Shown here piece by piece: positions 57,828-64,000 of a stretch of 64,000 bases of DNA (within the stretch, counting starts at the first letter, position 1; each line of letters begins with the position of its first letter). The stretch is taken from contig CAZFKE010000003.1 in NCBI GenBank assembly GCA_964519475.1, positions 98,704-162,703 on the forward strand, written 5' to 3'. The position numbers were made by a program, and so were the translations under genes. The stretch comes from an uncultured Sediminibacterium sp. (lineage in GTDB: Bacteria > Bacteroidota > Bacteroidia > Chitinophagales > Chitinophagaceae). Below the pieces are notes generated by a model. It saw only the letters and a program-made list of their open reading frames with translations. It had not been told where the DNA came from and did no database searches.

Positions 57828-59063
57828 ATGGCAATTATCCGACCCTTCAAAGCACTGCGTCCGCAGCCACAACTGGCTAAGCAGGTGGCAAGCCGTCCAT
57901 ACGATGTACTTAGCAGCGCCGAAGCAAAAATGGAAGCACAAGGCAATCATAGTTCCTTTCTGCATATTACTAAAAGTGAAATAGATCTTCCTGATACCGT
58001 AGATGTACATGATGCATCTGTGTATGAACAGGCCAAAGAAAACCTGGCGGCTTTTATACAACGCGATATTCTGTTTCGCGAATCAAAAGCGTGTTACTAT
58101 ATCTATCAATTGATCATGAATGGGAGAAGTCAGACAGGGCTTGTGTGTGTAAGCAGTGTGGATGATTATGAGAAAGATATTATTAAAAAGCACGAATTTA
58201 CCCGTCCGGAAAAAGAGAAAGACAGGATCAACCATATTAAAATTTCCGGTGCACAAACAGGCAATGTATTTCTTGCATACCGGAATCACCCGAAGATTGA
58301 TCAACTGATCAATCAGTGGCAAGAAACCAAATCGCCTGTCTACGATTTTACTGCCGATGATGGTATTCAACATACGATCTGGATCGTGAATAATGATAAA
58401 ACAGCAGATCAGATCAGTTCTGTTTTTGAAAAAGAAATTCCCTGTACCTATATAGCAGATGGCCATCACCGTGCAGCATCGGCAGCCAAAGTGCGTAAAG
58501 CATTGGGCGCAACGGCTAAAGAAGGGGCAGATTATTTCTTAACCACACTGTTTCCATCTAACCAGTTATATATCATGGATTATAACCGGGTGGTAAAAGA
58601 CCTCAATGGATTAACGCCCAAAACCTTTATCAAAGAATTAAGCAAACAGTTTACCATAGAATTGGTGAATACCGGCGCTTACCGCCCGGAAAGCCTGCAT
58701 ACATTTGGTTTGTATATTGATAAGAACTGGTATAAACTTACATCCAAACCCGGAACGTTTACAAACGATCCAATGGGCGTGCTGGATGTAACGATCCTGT
58801 CTAACAATGTGCTGGATAAATTACTGGGCATTAAAGACCAACGTACAGATAAGCGAATCGATTTTATTGGCGGTATACGGGGGCTGGAAGAGCTGGAGAA
58901 AAGAGTAGACAGTGGAGAAATGGCTGCGGCTTTCAGTTTATATCCTGTAACCATTGATCAGCTTTTTGATATTGCCGATAGCGGGAATGTAATGCCACCG
59001 AAGAGTACCTGGTTCGAACCTAAATTACGGGATGGATTACTTACGCATCTGATCTATGAATAA
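57828..59063 (+). CDS. DUF1015 family protein
   Basis: IRPFKALRP, RPYDV, SFLHI, KHEFTRPEKE.DR, YIADGHHR, MPPKSTWFEPKLRDGL. Confidence 0.92.
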   Translation: MAIIRPFKALRPQPQLAKQVASRPYDVLSSAEAKMEAQGNHSSFLHITKSEIDLPDTVDVHDASVYEQAKENLAAFIQRDILFRESKACYYIYQLIMNGRSQTGLVCVSSVDDYEKDIIKKHEFTRPEKEKDRINHIKISGAQTGNVFLAYRNHPKIDQLINQWQETKSPVYDFTADDGIQHTIWIVNNDKTADQISSVFEKEIPCTYIADGHHRAASAAKVRKALGATAKEGADYFLTTLFPSNQLYIMDYNRVVKDLNGLTPKTFIKELSKQFTIELVNTGAYRPESLHTFGLYIDKNWYKLTSKPGTFTNDPMGVLDVTILSNNVLDKLLGIKDQRTDKRIDFIGGIRGLEELEKRVDSGEMAAAFSLYPVTIDQLFDIADSGNVMPPKSTWFEPKLRDGLLTHLIYE

Positions 59064-59104
59064 ATAACCATGCAGTTTACAAAGCCTGCTGGTTACATTT
59101 TAGT

Positions 59105-60124
59105 ATGAAACATATTTTCATTGTTCTATTAGCGCTTACCGGATTCTGTGAAATACAGGCACAGGAACAAACGGCAAAGCTTTTGCAGGAAACCGCAAGA
59201 ACCCTTGTGCAGAAAGGCGATTATGATAATGCCATAGTCATACTGGAACGTGCCAAACAACAGGAGCCGGATAATATTGAGTTGCTTCGTGATCTCTGCT
59301 TTGCCCATTACCTGAAAAGAGATTTTGCCAAAGCCATTGAAGCAGGCAAAGAACTTATTGCCAAACCCAACGCAGATCAACAATCTTTCCAAGTGCTGGG
59401 GTTTGCATATAAAGCCATCGCTTCTTATACTGATTGCGGCAAATTATACAGAACCGCTTTACGAAAATTTCCCAATAGCGGTGTTATCTATAATGAATAT
59501 GCCGAATTACTTGCTTTACAGAATGAACTGGAAGAGGCAATCACCCAATGGGAAAAAGGAATTGAACTGGATCCGGGTTACAGCGGCAACTATTATAATG
59601 CCACAATGTATTATGCCAAAAAAAGCAACTGGATCCGTGTAGCCTTATATGGCGAATTGTTCCTGAACCTAGAAAGCTATTCTACCCGTACAGAAGAAAT
59701 CAAAGAAAAATTATTTGATGCGTATAAAAGCCTGATCTCCGCAACGGCTGTTCAACAACTGGCAGATAACAAAAACAATTCTGCTTTTGAAAAAGCGATA
59801 CTGGATATATTAGGGAAATTAAATGCCGACAATAAACAACCCGCAGGTATAGACAGGCTGATCAGCATCCGCACAAGATGGGTGATCGAATGGTTTCAGG
59901 GTAAACAGAAAAACTACCCCTTCCGGTTATTCGACCATCAGCAGTATTTATTAAACCAGGGTTTGTTTGAAGCGTATCATTACTGGTTGCTCAGTCCGGC
60001 TATTGGCCAGGAAGCTGTGCAGGCATGGCAGAAAACGCATACCAAAGAAACCGAAGAATACAAAACGTTCCAGCAAAGCCGTGTATTTAAGATCCCGGTG
60101 GGTGAATATTATTTTACACACTAA
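59105..60124 (+). CDS. Secreted tetratricopeptide repeat protein
   Basis: Signal peptide; repeated A..L..G.Y..A...(Y/W)..A...P pattern. Confidence 0.8.
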   Translation: MKHIFIVLLALTGFCEIQAQEQTAKLLQETARTLVQKGDYDNAIVILERAKQQEPDNIELLRDLCFAHYLKRDFAKAIEAGKELIAKPNADQQSFQVLGFAYKAIASYTDCGKLYRTALRKFPNSGVIYNEYAELLALQNELEEAITQWEKGIELDPGYSGNYYNATMYYAKKSNWIRVALYGELFLNLESYSTRTEEIKEKLFDAYKSLISATAVQQLADNKNNSAFEKAILDILGKLNADNKQPAGIDRLISIRTRWVIEWFQGKQKNYPFRLFDHQQYLLNQGLFEAYHYWLLSPAIGQEAVQAWQKTHTKETEEYKTFQQSRVFKIPVGEYYFTH

Positions 60125-60143
60125 CCAGTTTGTGTAAACAGGT

Positions 60144-60173
60144 AAAGCCGGTGCTTTGGTCACCGGCTTTTTT
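60144..60173 (+). terminator. Rho-independent terminator
   Basis: AAAGCCGGTG-CTTTGGT-CACCGGCTTT plus T-run. Confidence 0.85.
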
Positions 60174-60220
60174 ATTTGTGCTTAATTACCTAAATTGACT
60201 GTCCTAAACTCTCCTACTGT

Positions 60221-60502
60221 ATGGAACCAACCAATGACGAAAGGTTATGGCGCATAGCCCGCCGCAGAGCCGCCTTCAAGAAAAGCCTGTTCAGCTACCT
60301 CGTAATCAATGCCTTTTTATGGGGTATCTGGTGGTTTACCACCGGCCATAATTCAGGTTTCCATAGCTACCCCTGGCCCATTTGGGTAATGTTGGGATGG
60401 GGTGTAGGACTGGGTTTCCAATACTTTGATGCCTACAGTGGAAATAAACAGGATATCGCCATAGAAGAATTCAAGAAATTGAAGAAGGAAGAAGAACAAT
60501 AG
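60221..60502 (+). CDS. 2TM domain-containing protein
   Basis: ARRRAAFKKSLFSYLVINAFLWGIW...WPIWVMLGWGVGLGFQY. Confidence 0.85.
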   Translation: MEPTNDERLWRIARRRAAFKKSLFSYLVINAFLWGIWWFTTGHNSGFHSYPWPIWVMLGWGVGLGFQYFDAYSGNKQDIAIEEFKKLKKEEEQ

Positions 60503-60536
60503 CTATCAGAAACTGTTTTGTTAGAACGATTAACGA

Positions 60537-62330
60537 TTGCCAATGACCATCAAGAGACTTTTTGATTGTATCGATCATCAGCTACAACATTTTCCACGGC
60601 CCGATATGCTGGCTGCCAAGGAAAACGGCCAATGGGTGCAGTACAGCACAGAACAGGTAGCGGATACCGTAAACCGTTTAAGCGCAGGATTGATAAAATT
60701 AGGTGTTAGCGGAAATGATATGAGTCCGGAAGGAAGCGATAAGATCGCCATCATCAGCAATAACCGGCCGGAATGGGTGTTTACAGATATGGCTGTGCAG
60801 CAACTGGGTGCCATACTGGTTCCGGTATATCCCACAACCACCCCTTTGGAACTTGAATTTATTCTGAATGATGCGGCGGTGAAATTCATTTTTGTGAGCA
60901 ATGAAGAATTGCTGCAGAAAATACAATCCGTCTTACCGAAAGTCCCTTCACTCAAAAATGTGTATACTTTTGACAGAATAGCCGGAGCTGCACACTGGAG
61001 CGAGATAACGGGTTTGGCGGATAAGGATTCTTTGCAAAAAGTTGCTGCCATCAAACAAACCATTCCTGCTTCACAGCTTGCAACGATTATTTACACATCA
61101 GGTACCACCGGAACACCCAAAGGTGTAATGCTGAGCCATAAGAATATTTATTCCAATGTGCAGTTATCGAAAGAAAGTTTTCCGTTTAATGATGCACCAG
61201 GTACCAAGGTGTTAAGCTTTCTGCCTTTGAATCATATTTTCGAAAAAACCTGCACATATATCTATCTCTACAGCGGCATCAGTATCTACTATGCTGAAAG
61301 CCTTGAAACCATTGGCGATAACCTGCGTGAAGTGCAGCCTAACGGATTTACCACTGTTCCAAGATTATTGGAAAAAGTATTTGAACGTATCATGTCCAAA
61401 GGCAATGAGTTGACCGGCATAAAAAGAAAATTATTTTACTGGGCCGTGGCGCTGGCAGAAAAATATGATAACCGCAAAAGCGGCGGTCTATGGTATACTA
61501 TGCAATTGGCTATGGCCAATAAACTCATCTTTAGTAAATGGAGGGAGGCGTTGGGTGGTAATGTATCTTTTGTAATAACCGGTGGCGCGGCATGCCAGGT
61601 AAAACTGTTGCGTATTTTTAATGCAGCCAAAGTGCCGGTATACGAAGGATATGGCCCAACCGAGAATAGCCCCGTGATCAGCGTTAACCGTCAGGGGAAA
61701 GATGGTACCAAATTCGGAACCGTAGGTCCTGTAATCAATGGCATAGAAGTCAAACTGGAAGATGACGGAGAGATCTGTGTTAGCGGCCCATGTGTCATGG
61801 AAGGCTATTTTAAACGCCCCGATATTACGGCTGAAACGGTTATCAACGGCTGGTTACATACGGGAGATATTGGCGTATTTGAAGAAGGCAAATTCTTGAA
61901 AATCACCGATCGTAAAAAAGAACTCTTTAAAACCAGCGGCGGTAAATATGTAGCACCACAGCCCATCGAGAATAAATTAAAAGAAAGCCCCTTTGTGGAA
62001 CAGGTGATGGTGGTGGGTTCAGAAAGAAAATTTGTAGGCGCATTGATCGTTCCTTCGTTTCATACACTGCGCGATTGGATGAAAGAAAAAGGGATTACTT
62101 ATACTACAAATGAAGATGTGATCAATCACCCCAAAGTACTGGAGATGTATCGTGGATTGGTAGAAAGTTTTAATCAATATTTCAATCACGTAGAACAGAT
62201 CAAGAAATTTGAATTATTACCGCGTGAATGGACCATTGAAACCGGAGAGATGACACCGAAGATGAGCCTGAAACGAAAAGTGGTGATGGAGAAATGTAAA
62301 GATGCAATAGAGAGGATCTATGCTTTATAA
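60537..62330 (+). CDS. Long-chain-fatty-acid--CoA ligase
   Basis: YTSGTTGTPKG, SFLPLNH, VPRLLEK, GGAA, EGYG.TE, WLHTGDIG, DRKKELFKTSGGKYVAP, TPKMSLKR. Confidence 0.95.
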   Translation: MPMTIKRLFDCIDHQLQHFPRPDMLAAKENGQWVQYSTEQVADTVNRLSAGLIKLGVSGNDMSPEGSDKIAIISNNRPEWVFTDMAVQQLGAILVPVYPTTTPLELEFILNDAAVKFIFVSNEELLQKIQSVLPKVPSLKNVYTFDRIAGAAHWSEITGLADKDSLQKVAAIKQTIPASQLATIIYTSGTTGTPKGVMLSHKNIYSNVQLSKESFPFNDAPGTKVLSFLPLNHIFEKTCTYIYLYSGISIYYAESLETIGDNLREVQPNGFTTVPRLLEKVFERIMSKGNELTGIKRKLFYWAVALAEKYDNRKSGGLWYTMQLAMANKLIFSKWREALGGNVSFVITGGAACQVKLLRIFNAAKVPVYEGYGPTENSPVISVNRQGKDGTKFGTVGPVINGIEVKLEDDGEICVSGPCVMEGYFKRPDITAETVINGWLHTGDIGVFEEGKFLKITDRKKELFKTSGGKYVAPQPIENKLKESPFVEQVMVVGSERKFVGALIVPSFHTLRDWMKEKGITYTTNEDVINHPKVLEMYRGLVESFNQYFNHVEQIKKFELLPREWTIETGEMTPKMSLKRKVVMEKCKDAIERIYAL

Positions 62331-62437
62331 AAAATCAAACGATAGATACAAAGCCGTAAAGAAACCCTCTTTCCGGCTTTTCTTCTTTCCGGCCAGGCAT
62401 TAAAAAAGCCTCAGACTAACAGAGATTTTTTTGTGCC

Positions 62438-62460
62438 AATCTGTGTAATCTGTGGCAAAA
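62438..62460. repeat. AATCTGTGTAATCTGTGGC repeat arm (same family as 10654 and 28390)
   Basis: Tandem AATCTGTG x2 followed by GCAAAA, matching the right arm at 28438-28452. Confidence 0.55.
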
Positions 62461-62587
62461 AAATAAGTATGTTAAAAACCTGTGCGCATTTATTACTATT
62501 TCGTTTTATATTGTGTGTGTCTTGCAAATCCTTCTAGGATATATAAGAAATAACCAAACCTATTTCTGTACTTTAAAATTTTCTGAC

Positions 62588-64000
62588 ATGCACAAATCCT
62601 TCCCGTTTCTGAAGCGGAAAATGATCAAGGGTTATCTTTCCGGGCTTTTTCTTTTTGTGTTACTCTCTCCAGTTCTCTCACAAACGGCTAAAAAATATGA
62701 TGCCGCTTTTGTTGAAGCCCTGAAAAAAGAGGCATTAACCTCAGTTTCCGCAAAAGAAAAAGCCGTGCAGGAAATGGTAGATATGGTGTTCAGTTTTGGC
62801 GAACTCGGTTTCCAGGAAATTGAGACCTCTAAATACATCACCGGTATCCTTGAAAAAAATGGGTTTACCATCGAACGCGGTATTTCCGGTATCCCAACGG
62901 CGTGGATGGCTAAATGGGGTAATGGCAGCCCAGTAATTGCATTGGGCAGTGATATCGATTGTATCCCCAAAGCCTCACAAAAACCAGGAGTAGCTTATAA
63001 AGACCCCATTGTGGAAGGGGCACCCGGTCATGGTGAAGGGCATAATTCAGGCCAGGCTGTCATTGTGTTTGCTGCGCTTGCCGCAAAAGAACTGATGCAG
63101 AAAAACAATATGCCCGGCACGCTTGTAATCTGGCCCGGTGTGGCGGAAGAACTGGTGGGCAGTAAAGCCTGGTATATACGCGATGGCTATTTTAAAAATG
63201 TAGATGCCTGCATTTTTACCCATGTAAGCAGTGAGTTCAAATGCGATTATGGTGATCCGGGTATGAATGGACTTGTATCCGTTCAATTTGCATTTGACGG
63301 AGAGGCGGCCCATGCCGCCGGTGCCCCATGGCGCGGCAGAAGTGCATTGGATGCTGTTGAATTGATGGATGTGGGCTGGAACTTTAAACGCGAACATTTA
63401 AAACCCACACAACGCTCGCACTATGTAATCACTGATGGCGGTGATCAACCCAATGTGGTTCCTTCCAAAGCCAGTGTATGGTATTATTTCAGGGAGAGAA
63501 CATATGAAGATATTCAAAGCATGTACGATGCCGGCATTAAAATAGCCAATGGTGCAGCCATGATGACGGATACCAAGATGAGTTATAAAATAGTAGGCAC
63601 CGCCTGGCCCGGACATTTTAATAAAGTGTTGGCGCAAACCATGACCAGTAATATTAAAAAAGTAGGTTTCCCGCAATGGACGGATGCCGATAATGAAATG
63701 GCACGCGCTGTTCAGAAATTAGTAGAAGCGCCCAAAAAAGATCAGATGGGAAAAGAAATCAATGGCCTGAAAACAACGATTGATACAGCCAAAGGGTCGG
63801 TGCCTTTTTCATGGGGCGGCGGGTCTGACGATATTGCAGATATTTCATGGAACCTTCCAACCATTGTACTGAATTATCCGGCCAATATACCCGGCACAAA
63901 AGGCCATCACTGGGCAGATGCGATTGCGATGGCTACCCCTATTGCACACAAAGGGTCACTGGCCGGGGCCAAAGCAGCAGCATTAACGTTGATCGATCTT
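62588..64000 (+). CDS. M20/AbgB-like amidohydrolase with signal peptide (partial, runs off window end; absent from the ORF track)
   Basis: Open frame from ATG 62588: MHKSFPF...ELGFQEIETS...GSDIDCIP...GHGEGHNSG...WPGVAEE...AHAAGAPWRGRSALDA...GGGSDDIA. Confidence 0.9.
   Translation, partial: MHKSFPFLKRKMIKGYLSGLFLFVLLSPVLSQTAKKYDAAFVEALKKEALTSVSAKEKAVQEMVDMVFSFGELGFQEIETSKYITGILEKNGFTIERGISGIPTAWMAKWGNGSPVIALGSDIDCIPKASQKPGVAYKDPIVEGAPGHGEGHNSGQAVIVFAALAAKELMQKNNMPGTLVIWPGVAEELVGSKAWYIRDGYFKNVDACIFTHVSSEFKCDYGDPGMNGLVSVQFAFDGEAAHAAGAPWRGRSALDAVELMDVGWNFKREHLKPTQRSHYVITDGGDQPNVVPSKASVWYYFRERTYEDIQSMYDAGIKIANGAAMMTDTKMSYKIVGTAWPGHFNKVLAQTMTSNIKKVGFPQWTDADNEMARAVQKLVEAPKKDQMGKEINGLKTTIDTAKGSVPFSWGGGSDDIADISWNLPTIVLNYPANIPGTKGHHWADAIAMATPIAHKGSLAGAKAAALTLIDL

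Noticed and set aside
1198-63676. Numerous short antisense or overlapping ORFs in the supplied track (e.g. 1865-2320, 17314-17808, 43877-44458, 60578-61063)
   Set aside because: They are shadows of well-supported genes on the other strand or frame and have no recognisable motifs.
1-64000. CRISPR array, rRNA, intact tRNA, prophage or integrase
   Set aside because: No regularly spaced direct repeats with unique spacers, no rRNA-like tracts, and no phage or recombinase ORFs were seen; the only tRNA-like sequence is degenerate.

Overview
64 kb of a Bacteroidota chromosome, most likely Chitinophagaceae. This rests on TAnnTTTG-type promoter boxes, the rplM-rpsI-rpsB-tsf-pyrH order and the DUF4290/DUF5686/DUF5916/DUF1015 gene content; the family assignment is inference. 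Most of the window is housekeeping: cysS, lysS, pheS, gmk, murA, recO, ribosomal and translation genes, serC, a TetR-TolC-MFP-RND efflux operon, transporters and hydrolases. Notable exceptions: (1) a tightly coupled TetR-ino1-pgpA-gtrA-DUF5686-[CDP-alcohol phosphatidyltransferase::DUF4833-like fusion]-Aur1/PAP2 operon. It resembles the Bacteroides inositol phospholipid/sphingolipid cluster plus uncharacterised envelope proteins and sits between serC and DUF1015. (2) An lpxD-like gene with a single in-frame TAA. (3) A small AT-rich accessory block starting at a degenerate full-length tRNA, carrying three orphan lipoproteins and ending at a REP-associated tyrosine transposase with GTAG-tagged hairpins. 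(4) Recurring inverted repeats built from 7-bp tandem units, with similar 7-mer runs also in frame inside pheS and an amidohydrolase. (5) A perfect 7-1-7 Fur/Zur-type box inside a merC-like promoter, a probable pseudo-rhomboid and a candidate sRNA. No CRISPR array, rRNA, intact tRNA or prophage was seen. Family names come from motif recognition, not database searches.
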